Below are positions 9,827 through 17,542 of a stretch of 20,000 nucleotides of DNA, piece by piece (within the stretch, counting starts at the first letter, position 1; each line of letters begins with the position of its first letter). The DNA is from an uncultured virus (IMG/VR IMGVR_UViG_3300033992_000883). Lineage: Duplodnaviria; Heunggongvirae; Uroviricota; Caudoviricetes. The position numbers and the translations under genes were made by a program. The stretch lies in IMG/VR virus record IMGVR_UViG_3300033992_000883, one strand, 5' to 3'. The notes below the pieces were generated by a model, which worked only from the letters and a program-made list of their open reading frames with translations, ran no database searches and was not told the origin of the DNA.

Positions 9827-10705
9827 TTACAAAGATAATAACATATCAATCAAATCAGGATGTGGATACATATCCACTTTTCCTCTTATTACATTAGTAT
9901 GAGAATACATACCTGGAGTTTTGTTTGCTCTATCAAGATCTAGTACATCAAATCCATCAGCTCCTTTTGCTTTTACATATTCTACTAAACCTACTCTAGG
10001 ATCAATAGAATATTTATCTGCTATAAAGAGTATCCAGTTTTTAAGAGCTACCAATTGTGCTTCAGAATAGTTATGCCAAAACTGAAATCCTCTAAATGGT
10101 TTAGCTAACTTAATCACTTGACTAGGATCAGCTACAGTATTAACATAAGTCTTTCCATTTACTATCTGACCCATGCAACATACTTCAATAGCTACAGAGT
10201 TTCTATGCATTAGAGAGTTACCGGTACCTGTGTGCCATCCATAACCACCATCAGGGAAACATTGTACCATTTCACCATCATATGTTTTAGATTTACCATC
10301 TACAGATTGTCCTCCTAATATATATTCAGTAGCTACATTACCTCTATCATCTCTAGCCCACATGTCTGCTACTTGATAAGGATTAGGACCTCCAGCAGTA
10401 TGATGTAAGAATATCCAGTCTTTAGGAACCGGGCCAGGAAAGTATGTACCTGGCATCATGTAGTGTTTCTTAATCTCTAATGCTTTTACTACTTCTATAT
10501 TCTCAGCATTATCAGTATTAAGAATACCCATGTGGGCCCAAGTCTTAGGACCTACTATACCATCTACGGCAAGTCCATTTTTCTTTTGATAAGACTTAAC
10601 AGCTGAATCTGTTTTAGGACCAAAGTCTCCATCTACAGTAATCTTCAAGAATGTTTGTAAGGTCTTTACTGATTCACCCTTACTTCCTTTCTTTAATACT
10701 TGCAT
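9827..10705 (-). CDS. Endolysin: peptidoglycan-binding domain plus N-acetylmuramoyl-L-alanine amidase (Amidase_2-like)
   Basis: N-terminal LKKGSKGESVKTLQ...DGDFGPKT...DGIVGPKTW (PG_binding_1-like); IFLHHTAG, WHTG, SVAIEVC, YSEAQL, SHTNV...GKVD amidase motifs. Confidence 0.92.
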   Translation of the reverse strand: MQVLKKGSKGESVKTLQTFLKITVDGDFGPKTDSAVKSYQKKNGLAVDGIVGPKTWAHMGILNTDNAENIEVVKALEIKKHYMMPGTYFPGPVPKDWIFLHHTAGGPNPYQVADMWARDDRGNVATEYILGGQSVDGKSKTYDGEMVQCFPDGGYGWHTGTGNSLMHRNSVAIEVCCMGQIVNGKTYVNTVADPSQVIKLAKPFRGFQFWHNYSEAQLVALKNWILFIADKYSIDPRVGLVEYVKAKGADGFDVLDLDRANKTPGMYSHTNVIRGKVDMYPHPDLIDMLLSL

Positions 10706-10709
10706 CTTG

Positions 10710-11009
10710 CTATTTATTAAATTTTCTTTTCACAGCATTTGCCATAAATGTACCCCATCTTTTGAGTATATTATTTTTAGCATCTACTACTACTTCAGTA
10801 CCTTCTTTAGTTTTAGTAACAGTTACATCTAGTTTTTCTCCATCAAATTTAAACTCTTTTTCTTCTTCATTAGAAGTAAGAATCACATCTGTTTTAGGAG
10901 TATCAATTACTACTTCTAAATTCTTGTCTTTTTTCTTAACACTTACTTTGGTTTTTTTTACTTTAACTTCAGCATTAATTTCTACTGGTGTTTTTGCTTT
11001 CTTTGCCAT
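10710..11009 (-). CDS. Hypothetical K/V/T-rich protein in lysis cassette
   Basis: 99 aa, alternating beta-strand-like pattern, amphipathic C-terminal helix. Confidence 0.6.
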   Translation of the reverse strand: MAKKAKTPVEINAEVKVKKTKVSVKKKDKNLEVVIDTPKTDVILTSNEEEKEFKFDGEKLDVTVTKTKEGTEVVVDAKNNILKRWGTFMANAVKRKFNK

Positions 11010-11253
11010 CTTTCTTTTTTTTATTGGTTACTATTTCTTGATCTGGACTATCTACAACAGTTAGTTGAGATAGTGTAGCTGCTACTGTTCCTGCAGTTAC
11101 TAAATATCCTGCTACAGTTACTACTGCTGTAGGTAATGTAATTGGAGCTGCTATTACTACTCCTGCTGCTGCACCTACTGCAATAGCAATCTTCTGTACA
11201 TTCTTCCAGAACTTAGGAGTTGGAGCATTCCATCTTTTTTTTATATTAGTCAT
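10975..11253 (-). CDS. Holin-like membrane protein
   Basis: RWNAPTPKFW followed by two hydrophobic segments and a charged C-terminal tail; upstream of endolysin. Confidence 0.6.
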   Translation of the reverse strand: MTNIKKRWNAPTPKFWKNVQKIAIAVGAAAGVVIAAPITLPTAVVTVAGYLVTAGTVAATLSQLTVVDSPDQEIVTNKKKKDGKESKNTSRN

Positions 11254-11521
11254 GTCTACTATTTACTATGAATAACTTTACTGCATCTGATAATTCACTG
11301 ACATTTTTTGCTAAGTTTTTAATTTCAAGCTGTGTTAGTTCTTGTAATGCTTGATATTTTATTTGACTTTCTTGTTGTACTAGTTCTATTTTACCTTTTA
11401 ATTTACCTTGTTCTTCTGTATTTTTTCTAACATCAGAATGTATCATTTTTAAAAAGTATCCAAATATAGCAAAAATTAAACTAGCTATAAAAAGAATGAG
11501 TGTCATTAACCAGGTTTCCAT
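11246..11521 (-). CDS. Membrane-anchored coiled-coil protein (lysis-associated)
   Basis: One N-terminal TM segment (LMTLILFIASLIFAIFGYFL) plus heptad coiled coil; first gene of lysis operon. Confidence 0.6.
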   Translation of the reverse strand: METWLMTLILFIASLIFAIFGYFLKMIHSDVRKNTEEQGKLKGKIELVQQESQIKYQALQELTQLEIKNLAKNVSELSDAVKLFIVNSRHD

Positions 11522-11547
11522 TGTTATTATGTTATAAATATATATTA

Positions 11548-11559
11548 TAATATACTAAA
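11548..11559 (-). promoter_or_regulatory. Putative phage late promoter motif TTTAGTATATTA
   Basis: 26 nt upstream of ATG 11521. Confidence 0.55.
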
Positions 11560-11605
11560 AATAAATGAAACTACAATAGATTACTAGGTATTTTTACTTA
11601 TATTT

Positions 11606-13015
11606 TTAAACTAAGTTACCTTCAAGTAACCATACATTTGTACTTACTTTTGTTATTGTGACTACTCCATATGGAGCTTCAACAGAATTTAATCCAGATA
11701 ATGAATTAACTATTACTGAACCACTTCCTGGTAAAATAGGAACAGAAGAAGGTCCTTCTGTTGAAACTTTAAATACTGAACCTGTAGTAATATTAACAGC
11801 ACCATTAAAAGGAAGAGTAATATCTGTTACAGCAGGATCTAAAAGTAAAACTTGTCCCGCATAACTTTGATTTAAAGTTATACTTGGTCCTGTTAAATAA
11901 CTTACATCAACAACTCCTGTATTTGTATGAGTAACATCAATAGTGTTTGTAAAAATATTATTAGTTACATCCACATTAATACCTGGTGTAGTAATAAAAT
12001 TAAGTTTTGAAGTTGAACCTACTGTAGTAAATTGTTCTAATATATCTATTGTAGGTATTGAAGATGCAGTTCCAAAACCAGATTGAAATACAATGTTATC
12101 AAAAGCAATATTAACAGCAGTATTTGGTGTAGTTGTATTTTTAACTAAAAATAAGTCAAGTTCTCTTATATCTGTAATTGCAACATTAGCTGTAAAAAGA
12201 GCTGTAGGTATAGTTACTTGCTGCCACACTCCTACTAGTGTAGGATTTAGACCATGTTGATCTAAATATCTAGTACCTAAACTTGTAAGGGATGGACCAC
12301 CTCTTAATTGTATAAAAGGTCTTCTTCCTGCACCACCATCTAATGTAGCAAAATTTACTGGTAAGTAAACTCTTAAAGATAATCCAACATAAGTTGCTCT
12401 ACTTATTGGAGCAGGTGCTGTAAATAATATGAATCTTGTTGTTGAATAAGCAGTATAAGTTGCTAATAAACAAGCTGTACCTGCAAAGGGTGCTGGTGTT
12501 GGACTATTCCAAACTGCTGTTGGTGCAGGTGCAGCTCCAGTTGTACTTCCAACCCAATCTCCAGCTTGACTTTCTCTATAGACCCATTGATCTGTAATAG
12601 CAGGTGTTATAGCTCCAGCATTTACAAGAACATACTGAACTAATACCTGATCTCCAGGTATAGTTGGTGTAATTGGATTTGTTGAAGGTACTCCAGGAAT
12701 AACAGTAACTACTCCAAATTCATCAACTACAATTGCATCAAATCTAGGATCACTTGGATCTCCAACAGAAAGAGTTACTGAAGTTGCAGCAGATGAATAA
12801 TTAACACCACTAATTTGGTAAGTTAAAACTGTAACATCAAAGACCATTCCTGTACCAGACCATGATGCACCACCAGTTAATAACTGAGTACCACTTGAAG
12901 TTGTTAGTGGTAAGTCTGCAATGGTTGCATATGGATTTATATTAGATGGTGTATTAGCAGATGTTGCTGCATCATATGCATTACTAGGTAAGTTTCTATT
13001 TATATTTGTTCCCAT
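11606..13015 (-). CDS. Fibre/receptor-binding-like structural protein with possible carbohydrate-binding module
   Basis: 469 aa, T/G/V/P-rich; DPSDPRFDAIVV and NPITPTIP typical of phage tail proteins; central WQQVTIP...IAFDNIVF jelly-roll-like segment; C-terminal TKVSTNVWLLEGNL. Confidence 0.6.
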   Translation of the reverse strand: MGTNINRNLPSNAYDAATSANTPSNINPYATIADLPLTTSSGTQLLTGGASWSGTGMVFDVTVLTYQISGVNYSSAATSVTLSVGDPSDPRFDAIVVDEFGVVTVIPGVPSTNPITPTIPGDQVLVQYVLVNAGAITPAITDQWVYRESQAGDWVGSTTGAAPAPTAVWNSPTPAPFAGTACLLATYTAYSTTRFILFTAPAPISRATYVGLSLRVYLPVNFATLDGGAGRRPFIQLRGGPSLTSLGTRYLDQHGLNPTLVGVWQQVTIPTALFTANVAITDIRELDLFLVKNTTTPNTAVNIAFDNIVFQSGFGTASSIPTIDILEQFTTVGSTSKLNFITTPGINVDVTNNIFTNTIDVTHTNTGVVDVSYLTGPSITLNQSYAGQVLLLDPAVTDITLPFNGAVNITTGSVFKVSTEGPSSVPILPGSGSVIVNSLSGLNSVEAPYGVVTITKVSTNVWLLEGNLV

Positions 13016-13578
13016 TAGAATGTCTTATTTAAGATAAATATATCACTATAAATATTGTTTCCTGTAGAAGCAACTCCCCATTGAGCTGTTACATCCAATA
13101 CATTAGGAATGGTTGTATCAAATGTTGTATCATTAACTACATTAAATCCAAATCCTTGAACAGAAGCATTGTTAGTTTTTGTATAATGAAATGATCCTAG
13201 TGAAACTATAGATGCTACAGTGGGACCCCCTAATGATCTTATAGTAAAATCAATATTTAAAGACCAGACATCATTTATAACACTACTTCCTAGATTCTGT
13301 GCAAGACTGTCTAAAAGTAAAAGGGATCCTGCTCTAACTCTAATTCTAATAGTTTGATTATTGTTAGCATTCATTACACCACCAAATACAGCTCTAAAAC
13401 TATCACCTACTTTAAATCCATCAGCTGGTACAGTTAATGTACCTACACCACCATTTATTAATGATGTCTCTACATCTGTATTAGTAATAGGAGTACTGTT
13501 TGCTGTCTGAGCAAATAATCCCCTAGTATAGCCTAAAGGATTTAAAGAATACTTATCTATATCAATATGAGTACTCAT
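13015..13578 (-). CDS. Putative structural (beta-rich) protein
   Basis: 187 aa, G/N/T/V-rich, coupled overlaps with neighbours. Confidence 0.55.
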   Translation of the reverse strand: MSTHIDIDKYSLNPLGYTRGLFAQTANSTPITNTDVETSLINGGVGTLTVPADGFKVGDSFRAVFGGVMNANNNQTIRIRVRAGSLLLLDSLAQNLGSSVINDVWSLNIDFTIRSLGGPTVASIVSLGSFHYTKTNNASVQGFGFNVVNDTTFDTTIPNVLDVTAQWGVASTGNNIYSDIFILNKTF

Positions 13579-14705
13579 TATGTATTATATGTAATAACCA
13601 ATTTAGATCCTAAGTTAGATTGTGTATCCCATGCAAATGTTGCTGATGCATAAAAATTACCAAGACCTCCTGCATCCATATTAACTGTTACTCCTGGGGA
13701 AAGAGGTACTGTATTAAGTCCACTATCAAATGAAACTAAAGCATCTGCTGTACCAATATTTGCAAAAGATATAGAATAAACAGGATCAGTAATAGTAGCT
13801 ATGTCATTTTCAGAAATTTGAATATTTGGTGTTATTTGAACTTGAGCTTGTTGAGTACATAAAGTAACAGCTAATGAGTCACTACAATCCTGTTGACCAA
13901 CTAATACAGGTACATTATTAACACTATCTGAAGCATAAATCTGAATACTATCATTAGTTTCTGTAACACTAACTGGTAATGGATTTCCAGATCCTACAGG
14001 TGTACCATCAGCACAAATTGATACTGAGTCAGTACAAACTAATGGTCTAATATCCAAATCAATTGCATCAACAGTAATAGAGTTACCACCATCTTGAATA
14101 TTCACAGCTGCTGCTCCTGCACCATTTTGTACAGTAATATTTTCTAATGCAGTAAGAGTAGCAGTACTTAATGATACTGTACCATCTACTGTAATACTAT
14201 TACCACCGTCTTGTATATTAACTGCAGCCGCTCCAGCTCCATTATTTACTGTTACATCACCAATGTCATTACCATTTACAAGTTTATTGTTAATAGCAGT
14301 CAATGTAAGTTCTGTAGCTAAACCAGTTGTATTTGATACAATCTGAGCTAAGTATGTATTTGGATTAATGTAAGTAATAGGAAGTACTGGAGTACCTGGA
14401 ATATTAGAACCTGCTGCAAAATATACAGGTGGTAAAAAAGCTCCTGGAGCAGGTGTTGGATCCCATATTCTTACTTCTAACCATGTAACATCATTAGCAT
14501 CTACAACTAAAGCTGCTTCAAAGTCAGTACCATCTTGAACAGCAGTTAATATTTGTGTTAACAATGGTTCAACCTGATCTGTATTAAGATCAATTTCTTT
14601 AAGATAGTCACAAGCACATTGTTGACCTTGAAGCATTTTAAGTTGCCAAGGAAAGTTATTTCCTTGTAGCCCACTATTTTTTAAATTTCCTATACTATTT
14701 GACAT
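13578..14705 (-). CDS. Putative structural/fibre protein with internal 20-aa repeat
   Basis: 375 aa, NGAGAAAVNIQDGGNSITVD present twice. Confidence 0.6.
   Translation of the reverse strand: MSNSIGNLKNSGLQGNNFPWQLKMLQGQQCACDYLKEIDLNTDQVEPLLTQILTAVQDGTDFEAALVVDANDVTWLEVRIWDPTPAPGAFLPPVYFAAGSNIPGTPVLPITYINPNTYLAQIVSNTTGLATELTLTAINNKLVNGNDIGDVTVNNGAGAAAVNIQDGGNSITVDGTVSLSTATLTALENITVQNGAGAAAVNIQDGGNSITVDAIDLDIRPLVCTDSVSICADGTPVGSGNPLPVSVTETNDSIQIYASDSVNNVPVLVGQQDCSDSLAVTLCTQQAQVQITPNIQISENDIATITDPVYSISFANIGTADALVSFDSGLNTVPLSPGVTVNMDAGGLGNFYASATFAWDTQSNLGSKLVITYNT
14067..14243 (-). repeat. Intragenic duplicated 60-nt unit (14067-14126 and 14184-14243)
   Basis: Identical 20-aa translation; 13 nucleotide differences, all synonymous. 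Confidence 0.9.
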
Positions 14706-14711
14706 GTTTCT

Positions 14712-14912
14712 TTATTTTACAATTCTTACTTCTCCTGTAGGTGTACTATATAGTTCTCCAACTTTAAGACCACCTGCAATAGCTGCTGCATTATTAGTAT
14801 ACTCTCTTCTTATATTTGCTAAGAGTGCATTAAGATGCCCAAACTTAGCAGGAGCCATATCATTCTCATTTTTAAGATATGGATCTGGTGATACTGCTAC
14901 AAACTTTACCAT
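14712..14912 (-). CDS. Small putative virion protein
   Basis: 66 aa; SPDPYL...AKFGHLN and YTNNAAAIAGGLKVGELYSTPTGEVRIV, the latter resembling a terminal motif of fibre-like proteins of Bacteroidota and their phages. Confidence 0.6.
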   Translation of the reverse strand: MVKFVAVSPDPYLKNENDMAPAKFGHLNALLANIRREYTNNAAAIAGGLKVGELYSTPTGEVRIVK

Positions 14913-14914
14913 AA

Positions 14915-15313
14915 TTATGATTCTATAATTCCATCATTAACTCTTTCTTGAACTGCTTGAGAAAGTTTATCATTAGCTCTTTTAAGAATATCATTTTTTT
15001 GTTGAGGATCTAATGTTTTTTTAGCAACTGCAATTTTTTGAGGAGCTTCATATTGTCCTTTGAAAAGTAATCTTCCAGGAGCTGAATAAAACTCAGATTC
15101 AAATTCAATTATAAGTTGTGTATATTCTAAACCTTTCTCAGGTTTTGGTAAATCACCATAAGCTATTCCACTATTAAATGGCTGACTAAGTACTGGCTCA
15201 GGTTTTTTATTTGGATAGCTGTAAAGAAAAGTAAACTTACCTTGAAATTTAAAGTTTTCTAAACTATTTCCGTATTGGTCTACTAATATAAAAAGTGTAT
15301 TTTTTTCTTCCAT
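14915..15313 (-). CDS. Hypothetical protein
   Basis: 132 aa ORF in tightly packed operon. Confidence 0.65.
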   Translation of the reverse strand: MEEKNTLFILVDQYGNSLENFKFQGKFTFLYSYPNKKPEPVLSQPFNSGIAYGDLPKPEKGLEYTQLIIEFESEFYSAPGRLLFKGQYEAPQKIAVAKKTLDPQQKNDILKRANDKLSQAVQERVNDGIIES

Positions 15314-15335
15314 GATTTCTATTTTTTTAAAATTA

Positions 15336-15902
15336 TTAAAGTGTACTGTATACTACAGTTGATCCTCTTTCTACTGCAATCTCTATATCAACAGTTACAA
15401 CTGCATTGAATGATACTGTATTTCCACCAATTACATAAAAGAAATGTTCATCAGGAGTTGTAATATTATTGTCTCTGTTTATAAATAGTAAATTTATATT
15501 TGTCACATCCCCTGTAGAATCATCTTGTACTAACGCATCTGTTCCTAGTGCAGTATGTGTTTCACCAAATAAACTATCAAAGGCTACTACATTACTTGAA
15601 TTTTTAACTACATTTACTGTAGGAGATGATGTAGTTATTGAACCTAATAATCTAATATATATTGATGCAGGATCTTGCATTAATACAGTTCCTTGAAGTT
15701 TATACACATCATACTGAATTCCTCCAATAGTAGTTGTATAGTTGTTTATTAGATTACAAGCAGAAGAACAGTCTGGATCAAAACCAGTAGTTTCTACTGG
15801 ATTACTTACTATTCCCAATACTTTCTTAAAATACGGTAGGTTTCTACCTAGGTATTGCCACACTTGTGTTAGTGGACTTCTAAATTCTGGATATGTTGCC
15901 AT
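15336..15902 (-). CDS. Putative structural protein (start revised to MATYPEFRS)
   Basis: The track's 12 extra N-terminal residues overlap the promoter motifs; ATG at 15902 has an A-rich leader. Confidence 0.65.
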   Translation of the reverse strand: MATYPEFRSPLTQVWQYLGRNLPYFKKVLGIVSNPVETTGFDPDCSSACNLINNYTTTIGGIQYDVYKLQGTVLMQDPASIYIRLLGSITTSSPTVNVVKNSSNVVAFDSLFGETHTALGTDALVQDDSTGDVTNINLLFINRDNNITTPDEHFFYVIGGNTVSFNAVVTVDIEIAVERGSTVVYSTL

Positions 15903-15915
15903 GATTAAAATTTTA

Positions 15916-15940
15916 CAAATATATACTATAATATACAAAA
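15916..15940 (-). promoter_or_regulatory. Putative late motif TTTTGTATATTA (15940-15929) plus TATATTTG (15923-15916)
   Basis: Directly after a terminator, upstream of the structural operon; near-identical arrangement at 18652-18677. Confidence 0.6.
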
Positions 15941-15951
15941 AATTTTTGAAT

Positions 15952-15988
15952 AAAAAAAATCCCCAGAAAAATTTCTGAGGATCTTTTT
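15952..15988 (-). terminator. Intrinsic terminator (possibly bidirectional)
   Basis: GATCCTCAGAAA...TTTCTGGGGATT plus T-run on minus strand; T-run also on plus side. Confidence 0.75.
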
Positions 15989-16007
15989 GTTTGATTAGAG
16001 AAAAGTA

Positions 16008-16205
16008 TCAAAACATGAGTCCCATAAAGAATGCAATAAACAACATTACAACTAATGTCATGTTAGCATATTTTTTTCCTTCAGGGTCTTCTTCCCACAC
16101 GTTATGCATTTTATTATATAAAGGTTTGCTCATAGCATTATTTATTAAAAATAAAAAGCCTAGAGTGGTAAGACCAATAATAAAAAGTATTCCTTTTAAC
16201 ATCAT
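16008..16205 (-). CDS. Small two-TM membrane protein
   Basis: Two hydrophobic segments flanking a charged loop. Confidence 0.65.
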   Translation of the reverse strand: MMLKGILFIIGLTTLGFLFLINNAMSKPLYNKMHNVWEEDPEGKKYANMTLVVMLFIAFFMGLMF

Positions 16206-16567
16206 AGTGAATCAATTCTTCTTTGTAAATATACTAAAGCTTTTTGTAAATCCTCTTTTTTTGTAGAAATATTTTTCTTACCGGCTCTTGCTACATACTT
16301 AATTACGTTACCTAGGTAGAAATCATCATCAAGGTCCCAGGCTTCTAATACGTTGAATACTTCATATGGATTATCTTTACCGCCATAATAATCTGGCCGG
16401 GGTCCTTTATCTAAGTTTACAACTCTTTTCTGCCAGTCTACTTCTACTGCTGTAGGGCAAGTTGGTTTATAAAGGTTGGTGTCCTTTCCATAAACTCCAT
16501 CTACCATATCTTTATATGGAGATTGTTTATCACTACGGGTGCATGCTTTATATAAATTATTTTCCAT
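16202..16567 (-). CDS. DUF3310-like protein (T7 gp1.7 nucleotide-kinase-related domain)
   Basis: PDYYGG...EVFNVLEAW...FYLGNVIKYVARAGKK...EDLQKALVYL matches the DUF3310 signature. Confidence 0.82.
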   Translation of the reverse strand: MENNLYKACTRSDKQSPYKDMVDGVYGKDTNLYKPTCPTAVEVDWQKRVVNLDKGPRPDYYGGKDNPYEVFNVLEAWDLDDDFYLGNVIKYVARAGKKNISTKKEDLQKALVYLQRRIDSL

Positions 16568-16570
16568 AAC

Positions 16571-16861
16571 TTACCATACTATTGCTATTGCTGTATCCGG
16601 AACCAAGATTCTCATTTTACCATCTACTTCAATTTTCTCTCCTGATTCTAGAGCATATGTTTGAACATATACATGATCTCCTTCCATAATACCAGTGATC
16701 TCATCTCCAATAGCATACACTTCTAACTTCTGCCATTGTTTCATAGCTTCCATCATTCTTGCATCCTCATCTTTTGCAGATAATTCTACTGCTGTTTTTT
16801 TAAGTTCTGGTATTGTGATCAATACTCTTTTTCCTCTTAGTGCTTTAATATTAGGCATCAT
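16571..16861 (-). CDS. groES: GroES/Cpn10-like co-chaperonin
   Basis: 96 aa; KRVLI, EVYAIG, EGDHVY, GEKIEVDGK...LVPDTAIAIV map onto GroES DRVLV / VVAVG / GDxV / IxxDG / DILA elements; mobile loop divergent. Confidence 0.75.
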   Translation of the reverse strand: MMPNIKALRGKRVLITIPELKKTAVELSAKDEDARMMEAMKQWQKLEVYAIGDEITGIMEGDHVYVQTYALESGEKIEVDGKMRILVPDTAIAIVW

Positions 16862-17153
16862 ATTTTTGATTTGTGTTGGTTAATACTTCTTCTTTTTCTT
16901 CAGGTAATCCTTCAAGGATATTCAGTTTAATTTTTTCTAATAAACCTACTACAGCTAGATTACCATAAGCGGCATCTGCTATTCTTACTTCTAATCCTTC
17001 ACCTTGTTCTGTGATTGACAATAAAACTTTATCTGACATATTAATTAATTTACTTAGTTCATCATACAACTTCCGCGCATGCAGGTTATCCATCCCAGAT
17101 TCTCTAGCCTGATTAGTTATTTTTTCCCACAACTGTTTTTGCTGTGGTGTCAT
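16851..17153 (-). CDS. Hypothetical protein
   Basis: 100 aa; possible internal start at MSDKVLL. Confidence 0.6.
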   Translation of the reverse strand: MTPQQKQLWEKITNQARESGMDNLHARKLYDELSKLINMSDKVLLSITEQGEGLEVRIADAAYGNLAVVGLLEKIKLNILEGLPEEKEEVLTNTNQKYDA

Positions 17154-17154
17154 G

Positions 17155-17181
17155 TCATCTAAAGGGAATTGAAAAAATCAT
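17155..17181 (-). CDS. Possible 8-codon leader peptide MIFSIPFR
   Basis: ATG ATT TTT TCA ATT CCC TTT AGA TGA ends 1 nt before ATG 17153; preceded by AACCAACAAC leader. Confidence 0.3.
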   Translation of the reverse strand: MIFSIPFR

Positions 17182-17199
17182 ACAGTGTTGTTGGTTGGA

Positions 17200-17230
17200 C
17201 AAATATAAAAACTTTTTTTGTTTAAACTAA
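17200..17230 (-). promoter_or_regulatory. Bacteroidota-type promoter TTAG-N19-TATATTTG
   Basis: -7 TATATTTG at 17207-17200 directly downstream of a terminator; near-consensus -33. Confidence 0.55.
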
Positions 17231-17257
17231 AAACCCCGGAAAATTTTTCCAGGGCTC
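17229..17257 (-). terminator. Intrinsic terminator
   Basis: GAGCCCTGGAAA-AAT-TTTCCGGGGTTT plus T-run. Confidence 0.8.
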
Positions 17258-17302
17258 TTAGCTAATTTTAAACAAGTAAATGAAAGTAATTAATCGAAAA
17301 CA
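17229..17302 (-). ncRNA. Candidate small RNA A (about 70 nt)
   Basis: TATATTTG at 17313-17306, no ATG before terminator, shares ATTACTT, TTTACTTGTT and stem CCCTGGA/TCCGGGG with 18674-18748. Confidence 0.4.
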
Positions 17303-17317
17303 GTACAAATATAATAA

Positions 17318-17542
17318 TTATTTTCCAATAGTTGGATCTATTCCTTTTTTTATTTCTCTACCAAAAGTAATATTATTCTTTGCCCTGATATCCTTATGGG
17401 TAAACTGCCAGAATTCTCCAGTAGCTGTGATAATAACTGTGTAGATAGTATCAGTTTCATACCCGTAGTCAGTAACTAGCCAGATAACCCCGGGTCCTTT
17501 TGGTGTGTTAACTTCCATTCTGTTGGTTGGTTCATATATCAT
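17318..17542 (-). CDS. Hypothetical phage protein
   Basis: 74 aa, TPKGPG...DYG...GEFW...DIR...NITFGR; overlaps upstream gene. Confidence 0.7.
   Translation of the reverse strand: MIYEPTNRMEVNTPKGPGVIWLVTDYGYETDTIYTVIITATGEFWQFTHKDIRAKNNITFGREIKKGIDPTIGK

Noticed and set aside
14211..14220. TTGTATATTA on the plus strand
   Set aside because: Inside a coding repeat, wrong orientation, not retained in the second repeat copy.
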